From Patescibacteria group bacterium (GTDB lineage: Bacteria > Patescibacteriota > Patescibacteriia > UBA9570), in contig JBAYIY010000001.1 of NCBI GenBank assembly GCA_041665365.1, forward strand, positions 104,720 through 168,719: a stretch of 64,000 bases of DNA, given 5' to 3'. Within the stretch, counting starts at the first letter, position 1. Every line of letters starts with the position of its first letter. Positions 30,423 through 38,897 of this stretch are shown piece by piece. The notes under the pieces were generated by a model, which ran no database searches, had not been told where the DNA came from, and saw only the letters and a program-made list of their open reading frames with translations. The position numbers and the translations under genes are program-made.

Positions 30423-31001
30423 TTAGAATTTCAATGTTGAGATAATCTCTTTTAGGGCTTCATTATCTCTCTCAGTCCAATAAACTCTAAAAGCGACGAT
30501 CTGATTATTGTGTTTTGTGTAGTATCCTGTCACGTCGAACATATCGCTAACTGTGATTTTGACAAAATCATTGTCGCCGATTTTTACATTCTCATATTTA
30601 ATGCCGGTTTGTGCTGACATTTCTGCCAAGGTTGTTCCCGGCAAGTCGTAATCACTAATGATTTGTTGATCCACGGTGTTATTTGACGTTGTGGCTTTTA
30701 CTTGTACTTCTGGTATCTGACATGTGTCGCAAGCTTCAGGCGGATTTATATGTCTTTGATAACCTTCTTCTGTCCAAAGTCCTTTATCATCTGCTGTATA
30801 TCCTTTTTGATATGTGAATGAAAATCCGCTACCCTCAAATGTTTTGTCAGTTTCAACTGCTGGAACTGGCGTTTTGTCTTTTGTCTCTTGTGTAATTTGT
30901 GGGGTTTCCACTTCTTTGTTTTGTTGCCAGAAGTAAAAGCCACCCCCGACAACGATTGCCGTAATTATGACGGCGACAATGATTTTCCATGTTTGATTCA
31001 T
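30423..31001 (-). CDS. Membrane-anchored hypothetical protein
   Basis: 192 aa with an N-terminal TM (IIVAVIITAIVVGGGFYFW). Flanked by inverted 14-bp and direct 15-bp repeats (see findings). Confidence 0.45.
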   Translation of the reverse strand: MNQTWKIIVAVIITAIVVGGGFYFWQQNKEVETPQITQETKDKTPVPAVETDKTFEGSGFSFTYQKGYTADDKGLWTEEGYQRHINPPEACDTCQIPEVQVKATTSNNTVDQQIISDYDLPGTTLAEMSAQTGIKYENVKIGDNDFVKITVSDMFDVTGYYTKHNNQIVAFRVYWTERDNEALKEIISTLKF

Positions 31002-31081
31002 AAGAATTATTTAAATTATATATTAAGTCGCTTTTAAAATCAGCCCAACCTCATCCACCAAACATTCTGTGATGTGTACGC

Positions 31082-32476
31082 TTACTCTATCTGTAACGAT
31101 TCAATGATGGGTGCAATGTCACTATCATGCCCTTTTAATACAATATGATAACCGGCGGGCGCATTCGGGATGTAGTAGCTCCAGAATTCAAACTCACCGG
31201 TTACTTTCAACGCATCATGCCCATCTACTGTTGACCTGGTTACATCAATACGTGTGTGATCCGCTTCTGGATAGAGTGTGTTTTCTAGCTCTTCATCTGA
31301 TTGGGCAAAGTCAATACAATTAAAACAGAAATTAGCGCCAGTATCTCGATCACCCGTTTTTTCAAAATCTATGGTTTGGTACCAAAATAGAAATGTCCCT
31401 TCTTCTGCACCGTTTAGAGATGTATCTTCTCCGCCTTCAAACGTAATCGCGTAATATTCTCCTATCTTGGCTTCATCTCCAATTGCTGAAGGTTCAATGA
31501 TCGGCGCTCCCCAGGCGGGATCATAACAAAAGGATAACGCGACATCCGCTAGCGCGTAGCGTTCCCAGCCATCCGTGGCACAGGCAGTCTCAGCTGTATC
31601 TGCAGTAGCCACATTCAATTTCAAACTTGGTTCAACAACTTTTTTCACTTCGTCACAGCCAATCGGTAGCCCTGATCCATCGTCAAATCCACTGCCACAG
31701 GAATCTTCAAACAGCAGCCAGTCTGTATTGAGCATTGTAGGATATAAACTTCCTCCGGTAGCACATATATCCCAGTCATTTTTGAACTGATCTAGAGATG
31801 TATAACCTGCCGTATTAGGGATGAGTGTTACTTTAAAAGTATCTGCTGTTTGACTGGCCCCAGTATATTTAAAGTCATATGTTGTCATGACCGTGCCATT
31901 AAACATGGTAACCAATTGATCAAAATAGCCACTTTCATGTTGTGAACCACACTCAGTTGCGTTGCTCTGTAGTTGATCAGCAGTGTAATCAAATGGTGCT
32001 GTCGTTTTTGAAACCGCTACGGAAACGCCGCTGGTTGAATAAGACAGTGGCTCTGATTGTCCTATAGCCACTTTAAATTCTTGCAATAAGTTAGCAATGG
32101 TTACGGTGGCTTCATGATAGGTCGGAGCTGCATCGGCATCACCTCTCATTAAGGCAGTAGTTAAACGTTGAGAAATGTTCACGATGTCAATGGACGCATC
32201 ATCGTGGGTGGCAATGAAGGTTTGCAGATGGGTACTGACGCTAGACATAGCCGTCATAAACTCACTATAACTTGGAGCTGCATCGGCATCACCGCGTTGC
32301 ATGGCTGTCGACCATTCGGTGTCAATGTCGGTTAATTCAGGAGAAGTTGTGTCAGAAACTGTTGTAACTACGTTTGTATTTTTGACTGGATCCACCGGTG
32401 TTGGCGTGGTACAACTGGCTCCAATGAGAGTTATTAATCCGACTAAGCTCGTGATAAGATAGGTAGTGCTTTTCAT
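31082..32476 (-). CDS. Secreted lipoprotein, hypothetical, with internal duplicated M(Q/R)GDADAAP(S/T)Y segment
   Basis: 464 aa, lipobox LIGASCTT. Two copies of ALMRGDADAAPTY / AMQRGDADAAPSY. Confidence 0.45.
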   Translation of the reverse strand: MKSTTYLITSLVGLITLIGASCTTPTPVDPVKNTNVVTTVSDTTSPELTDIDTEWSTAMQRGDADAAPSYSEFMTAMSSVSTHLQTFIATHDDASIDIVNISQRLTTALMRGDADAAPTYHEATVTIANLLQEFKVAIGQSEPLSYSTSGVSVAVSKTTAPFDYTADQLQSNATECGSQHESGYFDQLVTMFNGTVMTTYDFKYTGASQTADTFKVTLIPNTAGYTSLDQFKNDWDICATGGSLYPTMLNTDWLLFEDSCGSGFDDGSGLPIGCDEVKKVVEPSLKLNVATADTAETACATDGWERYALADVALSFCYDPAWGAPIIEPSAIGDEAKIGEYYAITFEGGEDTSLNGAEEGTFLFWYQTIDFEKTGDRDTGANFCFNCIDFAQSDEELENTLYPEADHTRIDVTRSTVDGHDALKVTGEFEFWSYYIPNAPAGYHIVLKGHDSDIAPIIESLQIE

Positions 32477-32497
32477 AGATTGTATTGGTTAAATTGT

Positions 32498-32821
32498 TTA
32501 TTTAAGAGCTTGTTGAATAGTTTTAATGACTGCTTGCACGAATGGATTATTATGTTCAAGTTTGGGAAAAACTTTTTTTCCATTTCGCTCCTTTTGCAAT
32601 ATATTAGCGTGTACTAAAATTTTGATGTGTTGCGAGGCTAACGGTACGGAAATGTTGAGAATTCTGGCGATATCACCAACCGTCAGTTTGGGCTGTTTGG
32701 CAAGCACCATGAAAATGCGGTAACGATTCACGTCGCTGAGCACCTTAAATACCCCTGCCATGGTTATATCGGTTTCACTGAATGTTTGACGATTTTTACG
32801 CACTTCTTTTTCACTGAGCAT
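32498..32821 (-). CDS. ArsR/SmtB-family HTH transcriptional regulator
   Basis: 107 aa. LSDVNRYRIFMVLAKQPKLTVGDIARILNISVPLASQHIKILVHANIL is the ArsR winged-helix pattern. Confidence 0.75.
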   Translation of the reverse strand: MLSEKEVRKNRQTFSETDITMAGVFKVLSDVNRYRIFMVLAKQPKLTVGDIARILNISVPLASQHIKILVHANILQKERNGKKVFPKLEHNNPFVQAVIKTIQQALK

Positions 32822-32907
32822 TAAAATATAGTTTAATACTTAAACAAGTGTTAAACTTATACCACGCCATAATTTATCTGTCTAGAGCAAGAGTTCTTTC
32901 TGATATC

Positions 32908-33040
32908 GAGCTGGCTTGCCAGCCGGAGTAACGAACCTTGTGAGTTACGTAGGCTGGACGTACTGGTCTAGAACCTAGACCACCGAGGGTTTACTTGGGT
33001 TAAATTCGGAGTTACCAACAGGGTTGTTGGGTCACCTAAA
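32908..33040. repeat. Island repeat R1: degenerate tRNA-Gln 3'-end-like segment with hairpins (GCTGGCTTGCCAGC; GGTCTAGAACCTAGACC)
   Basis: Near-identical to 36017-36150 (R3) and partially to 34994-35052 (R2). Confidence 0.6.
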
Positions 33041-33066
33041 TGAGACAAACGAGACAGTATAAAAAG

Positions 33067-33120
33067 GATATCATACTGTCTCGATTGCGACTAGAAAAAA
33101 GCCTAGACTTGTGAGGGGTA
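33067..33120 (-). promoter_or_regulatory. Conserved about 50-bp intergenic motif, copy B (downstream of heliorhodopsin 1, upstream of ArsR gene)
   Basis: GATATCATACTGTCTCGATTGCGACTAGAAAAAAGCCTAGACTTGTGAGGGGTA. Preceded by the inverted repeat GAGACAGTAT(33051-60)/ATACTGTCTC(33073-82). Confidence 0.4.
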
Positions 33121-33142
33121 TTGTTGCGTAATATGCTGTAAA

Positions 33143-33913
33143 CTATACAGGGCGTAATGTACCGGCAAACACCTGCCAGGCCAGTAAAGATTTCGCCACC
33201 AGACTTAGGATAATATACACTTTTTCGCCATAGGTATACTCTTTCCATTTCCCGATTTTCTTATATTGCAATAACATATTCACTGCAAATGAATTGAAGA
33301 AGAGAAACATCGAGAAAAAAATCCAATACACAAAGGTGGGTGCATGATGATCCGCATCACCGGAAAAGGCTAAATAGCACGCAATCACAATCCAAGGGAT
33401 AGCTCCTGCAATGCAGCCAAAGATATAGGCTGTCCAATCAGTTTTTTTGGTAGATTGATTATGCAATTCCATCATCCAGCCAAACAAAATCATCATGGCA
33501 TTTAAGCCAAACATCAGCAGCAAACTAAATACATCATAGATACCAACCAACATACCAATCACTACAATCATCAGCGACGAGCTCAGTGAATATTCAACCC
33601 AACGAGCATAGTTCGCGCCCTTTTTTAAATGGTTCACATACCATTCATAGATACCGGGTAACGACACCATTAAATGTGCTAGGGCCGACAAGGCAAAAAA
33701 ACCTGCCACCAGGGGCCCTACCGATACAGTAGTTAACTCTTGCAAATTTTGTTGCAGCGTGAAGTTTTGAGTATTGAAACTTAAAAATGCAGTCGTTAGT
33801 GGTACTGCAAACGAATTGCTCAATACCAGTACAGCGACAGCTTGCACGGCATGCAAACAAAACATGACGATATTCCAGCGTCGCAAATTAAGAAATGTAT
33901 TTGGGTTCGGCAT
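33143..33913 (-). CDS. Heliorhodopsin (paralog 1)
   Basis: 256 aa, 7 TM. Heliorhodopsin family signatures: LRRWNIVMFCLHAVQA, ARWVEYSLSSSLMIVVIGML, MILFGWMME, FGCIAGAIPW, LFFNSFAV, YIILSLVAKSLLAWQVFAGTL (putative Schiff-base Lys in TM7). Confidence 0.85.
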   Translation of the reverse strand: MPNPNTFLNLRRWNIVMFCLHAVQAVAVLVLSNSFAVPLTTAFLSFNTQNFTLQQNLQELTTVSVGPLVAGFFALSALAHLMVSLPGIYEWYVNHLKKGANYARWVEYSLSSSLMIVVIGMLVGIYDVFSLLLMFGLNAMMILFGWMMELHNQSTKKTDWTAYIFGCIAGAIPWIVIACYLAFSGDADHHAPTFVYWIFFSMFLFFNSFAVNMLLQYKKIGKWKEYTYGEKVYIILSLVAKSLLAWQVFAGTLRPV

Positions 33914-33938
33914 AGTCCTCCGTATGCTTAATGATAAA

Positions 33939-34973
33939 TTAATTATTTACGGCTTGTACGATAATATAGAGCACCAATGCAGTAGTAATAGTAGCAGAGA
34001 CCATCATGCCAATAAATAATTGCCGTTTAATTGGTTTGGCCGAAAAACCTGAAAACTGACTCAAGTCATCAAGCTCTTTTACGTTAGCTACTAATTCATC
34101 TTTGGTTAAAATAGTACTTTTGCTGACATAACTATCGGTCACAAAGTGTTGAGCATAGGGAAAACACACCACTTGAATTGGTTGTGGTTCAAATAAACCT
34201 GGATACCAGCTATTGGTTTCAACTGTGACGTGTTCAAGCGGAATGCGTAGCGCCTGTTCAACTTCTAATGGATCAAACTGCAGCGAAAATACATTCGATT
34301 TACCATCCGATACGTTTGTACCATAATCGATCGATAAATTGCCTTCCAACCATAGTCGTTGATCGAGCGGCCACATGGTTCCAGCGGTACTATCTGCTTC
34401 TACGACGAGTTTACGAGAAGCATCGTCACGTTCCATATGTACGAGCACCTTGCCATGATGCGTAGTGGTCATCACTGAATTTGTGCTATTGGCATTCACT
34501 AAACCATGTTTGGGATCATAACTATTGGTATTGGTATCGTAATCTACAATCACCCAACTGAGTAACCCGGTGTGTTTATTTTCTGCAATCACATACATTT
34601 CAATTCTACTTCCCCAGAAGGCACTGGTATGGGCGGTCACGCAACCAAAAATAATATAGTACTCTGGTTCATCGTCAGCAAATATTTTGGTTTTGATCAT
34701 TTCATAATCTGCCGAGATTAAACTTTGTGCTAAGGCAACATTTTTAAGTTTATAACACAAAAACAGACTATACGGCTCCACCACAAAACCCATGTGCGGG
34801 ATGGTCTTGGCAGTACTGGTCATCAACTTCTTTTGAATTGGCTTGGGAATAAGCTTGGTAAAGGAATTTAAAAAGCTAATTGCCACCACGTCGGTTGGTT
34901 TCACTAAACGTTCTACACCTTTAATAAATTGAGTTGTGTCGATTTCCTCCATGATTGATGAGTAGTATAGCAC
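33939..34973 (-). CDS. Hypothetical protein with C-terminal TM anchor, co-transcribed upstream of heliorhodopsin 1
   Basis: 344 aa with no recognisable motif. Hydrophobic C-terminal segment FIGMMVSATITTALVLYIIVQA. A 25-bp gap separates it from the HeR start. Confidence 0.45.
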   Translation of the reverse strand: MLYYSSIMEEIDTTQFIKGVERLVKPTDVVAISFLNSFTKLIPKPIQKKLMTSTAKTIPHMGFVVEPYSLFLCYKLKNVALAQSLISADYEMIKTKIFADDEPEYYIIFGCVTAHTSAFWGSRIEMYVIAENKHTGLLSWVIVDYDTNTNSYDPKHGLVNANSTNSVMTTTHHGKVLVHMERDDASRKLVVEADSTAGTMWPLDQRLWLEGNLSIDYGTNVSDGKSNVFSLQFDPLEVEQALRIPLEHVTVETNSWYPGLFEPQPIQVVCFPYAQHFVTDSYVSKSTILTKDELVANVKELDDLSQFSGFSAKPIKRQLFIGMMVSATITTALVLYIIVQAVNN

Positions 34974-34984
34974 ATATCAATGAC

Positions 34985-35073
34985 GAGGACTTTTGAGAGG
35001 GTGAGGTTAGCTGGCTTGCCAGCCGGAGTAACGAACCTTGTGAGTTACGTAGGCTGGGGCGGTAGGGTTCGAA
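34985..35073. repeat. Island repeat R2 ending in an exact 21-bp copy of the tRNA-Gln 3' end (GCTGGGGCGGTAGGGTTCGAA, 35053-35073)
   Basis: GAGGACTTTTGAGAGG...GTAGGCTGG followed by CTGGGGCGGTAGGGTTCGAA, identical to 57466-57486. Confidence 0.7.
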
Positions 35074-35141
35074 AATCACCTTTGATTTCGAAGCTCATCC
35101 TAAATTATCAATAAATACCAGTGTCGCAGGTTAGTCGAGCA

Positions 35142-35681
35142 TCACAATGACGGTGTAGAAATGACGGCTTTGATCTGTGTGGAGTTGGCATGCCACCAGG
35201 CTCGGATCTCATCGGCTTTGCCGACCCCGCTAAACTGATTGACGGAAAATGCATTGCCTGCAAGCGCTGCTTGTTCGAGCTGTCTGCGCAGTTCTCCACC
35301 CACTCTGGAAGCTGCGTAGGAAGATATAGTTGTATTCAAGGCATCGTTTGACATCTCTCCCGTGAACATAATCGTACCGGTTGTCATCGTTGCGGAGTCC
35401 GTTGCCCCCATTGCGTTGAGTGACACGATGTCTGGGCTCCCATCGGCGGCGAGAAGGTCATGCAATTCAGATGCCTTCTCGGGTACGACCAAGCGGACAA
35501 GTACTTCTACCTGATCAGTGCCCTGACTCGCCAACATCGCGTCGAGATTCTGCTCGTACGCCGTCGCACCAAACGGTGGTTCTCCATTGCTTGCCGGCTG
35601 TGACGGAAGCCCAATTTTACAGCCAGTCGTGAGGCCGAGAAGGATGACGACGGTGGCGTACGCATATGTTCGCATAGGCAT
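35142..35681 (-). CDS. GC-rich lipoprotein, hypothetical
   Basis: 179 aa with lipobox LGLTTGCKI. Local GC is about 55%, far above the background. Confidence 0.45.
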   Translation of the reverse strand: MPMRTYAYATVVILLGLTTGCKIGLPSQPASNGEPPFGATAYEQNLDAMLASQGTDQVEVLVRLVVPEKASELHDLLAADGSPDIVSLNAMGATDSATMTTGTIMFTGEMSNDALNTTISSYAASRVGGELRRQLEQAALAGNAFSVNQFSGVGKADEIRAWWHANSTQIKAVISTPSL

Positions 35682-35756
35682 ATTTTAGGCCTGGAAAGCC
35701 AGTGCTGTCAACAGCCCGCGGAGACGGGCTATACAACCTGACAGGTCCAGAACCTA

Positions 35757-36000
35757 GACCACCAAGGCTTTATCGGTCAGCTTATTCCGGGTCTCTTGGC
35801 CAAGCATGCGCTTCTCGATCCATTTGTCTGATCTGCCTAGTTCCTGCCAATTTTCTCGAGCTCGATTAAGACCCAACTCTGGATCAACAGTTTCTTGTAA
35901 GCGCTCATAACCAACTTTAGCTAGCCATTGTTTAAATGGTTCTGCTTTACTAAAATACCATTTCTCCTCGGCTTCAGCCCAAATACGACGGACTGGGCTA
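35757..36000 (-). pseudogene. C-terminal gene remnant (about 80 codons, no start codon)
   Basis: The reverse frame translates to SPVRRIWAEAEEKWYFSKAEPFKQWLAKVGYERLQETVDPELGLNRARENWQELGRSDKWIEKRMLGQETRNKLTDKALVV*. The open frame runs into repeat R3 at about 36003. Confidence 0.3.
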
Positions 36001-36003
36001 TAT

Positions 36004-36160
36004 GAGGACTTTTGAGAGGGTGAGGTTAGCTGGCTTGCCAGCCGGAGTAACGAACCTTGTGAGTTACGTAGGCTGGACGTACTGGTCTAGAACCTAGACC
36101 AGTCGGGGTTTATTGGGATTAGATTTCGAGTTACCTACAGGGTTGATGGGTCACCTAAAT
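36004..36160. repeat. Island repeat R3 (same as R1 plus the GAGGACTTTTGAGAGG head)
   Basis: GAGGACTTTTGAGAGGGTGAGGTTAGCTGGCTTGCCAGCCGGAGTAACGAACCTTGTGAGTTACGTAGGCTGGACGTACTGGTCTAGAACCTAGACC...GGGTCACCTAAATGAGAC. Confidence 0.6.
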
Positions 36161-36185
36161 GAGACAGTTGAGACACTATAAAAAG

Positions 36186-36238
36186 GATATCACGTTGTCT
36201 CAGTTGCGACTAGAAGAAGCCTGGACTTGTGAGGAGTA
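36186..36238 (-). promoter_or_regulatory. Conserved about 50-bp intergenic motif, copy C (downstream of heliorhodopsin 2)
   Basis: GATATCACGTTGTCTCAGTTGCGACTAGAAGAAGCCTGGACTTGTGAGGAGTA. Confidence 0.35.
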
Positions 36239-36260
36239 TAGTGGCGTAATATTCTGCACT

Positions 36261-37031
36261 TTATACTGGACGTAATGTACCGGCAAATACTTGCCAAGCC
36301 AAGAGTGATTTAGTCACCAAACTCATGACAATATACACTTTTTCACCATAGGTATAATCTTTCCATTTCCCGACTTTCTTGTATTGCAATACCATATTTA
36401 TCGCAAAACTATTGAAGAAGAGGAACATCGAGAAGAAAATCCAGTAGACAAAGGTTGGGGCTTTAAATTCTCCTTCTCCAGCAAACGCTAAATAGCAGGC
36501 GATGATAATCCACGGAATGGCACCAGCAATGCAACCAAAGATGTATGCTGTCCAGTCCGTTTTTTGTGTGGATTGATTATGTAGCTCCATCATCCAACCA
36601 AACAGAATCATCATGGCATTCAAACTAAACATCAGCACCAGGCTAAAAACGTCATACATGCCGGTCAACATCGCAATGACCACAATCATTAACGACGAAC
36701 TGAAGGTATACTCTACCCAGCGAGCATAGTTAGCCCCTGACTTTAAATTCTTCACATACCATTGATACACACCAGGCAATGAAACTATTAAGTGGGCCAA
36801 AGCTGACAGGGCTAAAAATCCAGCAATTAACGGGGCAATCGGTACTGTGGTCAGTTGCTGTAAATCTTGGCCGAGACTGCGCGTTTGCGGATTAAATTCA
36901 ACAAACAATGTCGTCAACGGTAACGCAAAGCTATTACTGACTACCAGCATGATTGTGGCTTGGATTGAATGCAGGAAGAACATCGCAATGTTCCACCGGC
37001 GTAAGTTACGAAACTTGTTAGTTATTGGCAT
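36261..37031 (-). CDS. Heliorhodopsin (paralog 2)
   Basis: 256 aa with the same signatures as paralog 1 (LRRWNIAMFFLHSIQA, ARWVEYTFSSSLMIVVIAML, FGCIAGAIPW, YIVMSLVTKSLLAWQVFAGTLRPV). The 3' coding end and about 250 bp downstream are near-identical to paralog 1. Confidence 0.85.
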   Translation of the reverse strand: MPITNKFRNLRRWNIAMFFLHSIQATIMLVVSNSFALPLTTLFVEFNPQTRSLGQDLQQLTTVPIAPLIAGFLALSALAHLIVSLPGVYQWYVKNLKSGANYARWVEYTFSSSLMIVVIAMLTGMYDVFSLVLMFSLNAMMILFGWMMELHNQSTQKTDWTAYIFGCIAGAIPWIIIACYLAFAGEGEFKAPTFVYWIFFSMFLFFNSFAINMVLQYKKVGKWKDYTYGEKVYIVMSLVTKSLLAWQVFAGTLRPV

Positions 37032-37076
37032 AATCGTCCTCCTAAGTAGTGTATAAAATACTAGGCTTAGGATTAA

Positions 37077-37127
37077 GATATCATATTGTCTCGATTGCGA
37101 CTAGAAAAAACCTAGACTTGTGACGGC
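37077..37127 (-). promoter_or_regulatory. Conserved about 50-bp intergenic motif, copy D (about 50 nt upstream of heliorhodopsin 2 start; GGAGGA RBS follows)
   Basis: GATATCATATTGTCTCGATTGCGACTAGAAAAAACCTAGACTTGTGACGGCA. Confidence 0.4.
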
Positions 37128-37145
37128 ATGGCGGCGTAATACGAA

Positions 37146-38117
37146 CTAGCTTTTTTGAGTATGGTGATTAGCCTTTACGCTCTGATGGGCGTCCTGTAGT
37201 AAGGATTTTAGGGTAGAGGCAAAGGTTGGATGACCTAATAACTGTGGTAACTGTATGCTGCGAATCTCATCTGGCAAAGACAAGTTGGCAAATACTGACA
37301 CCTGACTCATTTTTAATTCTTCTACCGGAACAATATCAAGTAAAGAACCCTGCCTTTGCTCAAAGCGTTCTACTAGCTTAGTTAATTCCTGCTTAAACTC
37401 TTCGGGATATTGTTTAACATAACGTTTGTTCGTGAACCCTACTCTGCTAGCCAATTGAATGATATCTTGCGGTTGTATATTCTCACCTAAAAATCTACGA
37501 ATGAGAAGTACCTCGTTGGAAGTACCCTCTAGCATTGATAAATTATTTTGCGCAAAATCAATCCTTTTTTTATGAATAATAGCAACCATTAAGGCTTGCT
37601 GAGCGTAGGATCGGAAAGTCCCTTTATCATGATGATTTAATAATCTCAAAATTTCTTCAGCGGCCAAATCAAAATTACCAACCAGCAACTGACGCTCAAG
37701 ACCATAGTAGTATAAAAAGACATAACTTAGATTAGTTTCTTGAGTGACATCCCGCAACCAATTAATATATTGATACCGTTGTTCAGGCGTAAGTCCAGTA
37801 TATGATGGATAGTAAAGCTTATCCTGTTCAAGCTCATCATTTTGCTCCACTGGTAATTGCGTCCAAATTAAACTGGGTTCAGCAAAAAAATTATGTCGAT
37901 CTGGTATGTTAGTCCTTATACCGTCTGGACCCAGACTAATAGTGATATTGATGGTAGTGGCGGATTGAATTTTAGATGGGGGTTCATCTGTAAACCAAAG
38001 TAAGGACAGCGTAGGTTGAGGTATATGAAAAGAATTACGCAGTATAGACGGTATACTTGGCACTAGCGCTTGGTGCCTTGGAATTAAAGGTGAAAAAAGC
38101 TTTTTGAAAATGTTCAT
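37146..38117 (-). CDS. Hypothetical protein (last gene of five-gene defence-like operon)
   Basis: 323 aa. Its start overlaps the stop of the upstream HEPN-like gene by 4 nt. No confident domain; a TerB-N-like assignment is only a guess. Confidence 0.4.
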   Translation of the reverse strand: MNIFKKLFSPLIPRHQALVPSIPSILRNSFHIPQPTLSLLWFTDEPPSKIQSATTINITISLGPDGIRTNIPDRHNFFAEPSLIWTQLPVEQNDELEQDKLYYPSYTGLTPEQRYQYINWLRDVTQETNLSYVFLYYYGLERQLLVGNFDLAAEEILRLLNHHDKGTFRSYAQQALMVAIIHKKRIDFAQNNLSMLEGTSNEVLLIRRFLGENIQPQDIIQLASRVGFTNKRYVKQYPEEFKQELTKLVERFEQRQGSLLDIVPVEELKMSQVSVFANLSLPDEIRSIQLPQLLGHPTFASTLKSLLQDAHQSVKANHHTQKS

Positions 38118-38866
38118 TTTATAGATTCAAAATATTTTCTTGCTGCGCTTGTAAAATACAGGTAATCTTTTACTGCATTATAAACATTTTTCTGCTCTTC
38201 TTTGGAACAAGCAAATAAATGATTATTTTTAGACCAAAACCCTTGTTTAAACATTATGGATTTCTTTTTTACTTTCCCAAAATATAGATTCTTCCAAACT
38301 AAATTGCCTCTCTCAATATGATGCTTGCTACTCTTATCTTTTAGAATACCTTCCAAATAACCATTCGTGAAATAATTAGCACTATTATTGGCTGTGTTTT
38401 CTTCTAACTTCTTCCAGCCGATTTTTTTGATAAAATGATTGATACGTTGAGTATCACTACAGCTAAAAAATCTCAACTGCCAAACAAGTTCATCTAAAAC
38501 TAGTAACCAAGATCGTTTAGCATAAAATGGGAAATCAGGATAGCGAACAAAGTTATAAACACTTAAGTTCTTTACCAAATCAAGGCACTCTTTGTAGATG
38601 TTAAAAGATGGAATATTAGATTTACATAAATTATACAAATACTCTAGTTCATGCCATTGATTACCAGTTGCATTTCTGGGAACTTTTACGCCGTTGTATA
38701 AAAGTATCGATTTCAAATATTTCTCAATACTTTGATGAGCTAAAGTAAGGAACTGATCCAAGCACTGGTTGCGGAACAGTGTACGTGCAGCAATGTAGTC
38801 TCTATCAGCATAGGATCTAAAATCACTAGCTATCGCATTTCTATGGATAATACTTTCGTCGATCAT
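38114..38866 (-). CDS. HEPN-domain-like protein
   Basis: 250 aa. N-terminal DRDYIAARTLFRNQCLDQFLTLAHQSIEKYLKSIL is the HEPN helix-pair pattern, plus RNATGNQWH (a loose Rx4-7H). Confidence 0.45.
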   Translation of the reverse strand: MIDESIIHRNAIASDFRSYADRDYIAARTLFRNQCLDQFLTLAHQSIEKYLKSILLYNGVKVPRNATGNQWHELEYLYNLCKSNIPSFNIYKECLDLVKNLSVYNFVRYPDFPFYAKRSWLLVLDELVWQLRFFSCSDTQRINHFIKKIGWKKLEENTANNSANYFTNGYLEGILKDKSSKHHIERGNLVWKNLYFGKVKKKSIMFKQGFWSKNNHLFACSKEEQKNVYNAVKDYLYFTSAARKYFESIK

Positions 38867-38897
38867 AATAAGTATTATAATCCTAGGTACATTTTAA

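Noticed and set aside
33036-33248. 70-aa minus-strand ORF
   Set aside because: It spans the repeat R1/motif B intergenic sequence and the 3' end of heliorhodopsin 1 in another frame. It has no support.
29558-37127. Whether the four spaced motif copies could be a CRISPR array or riboswitch
   Set aside because: Copies are 1-4 kb apart with genes between them, so there is no repeat-spacer periodicity. No cas genes are present. No known riboswitch consensus was recognised. They are treated as a promoter or regulatory motif instead.
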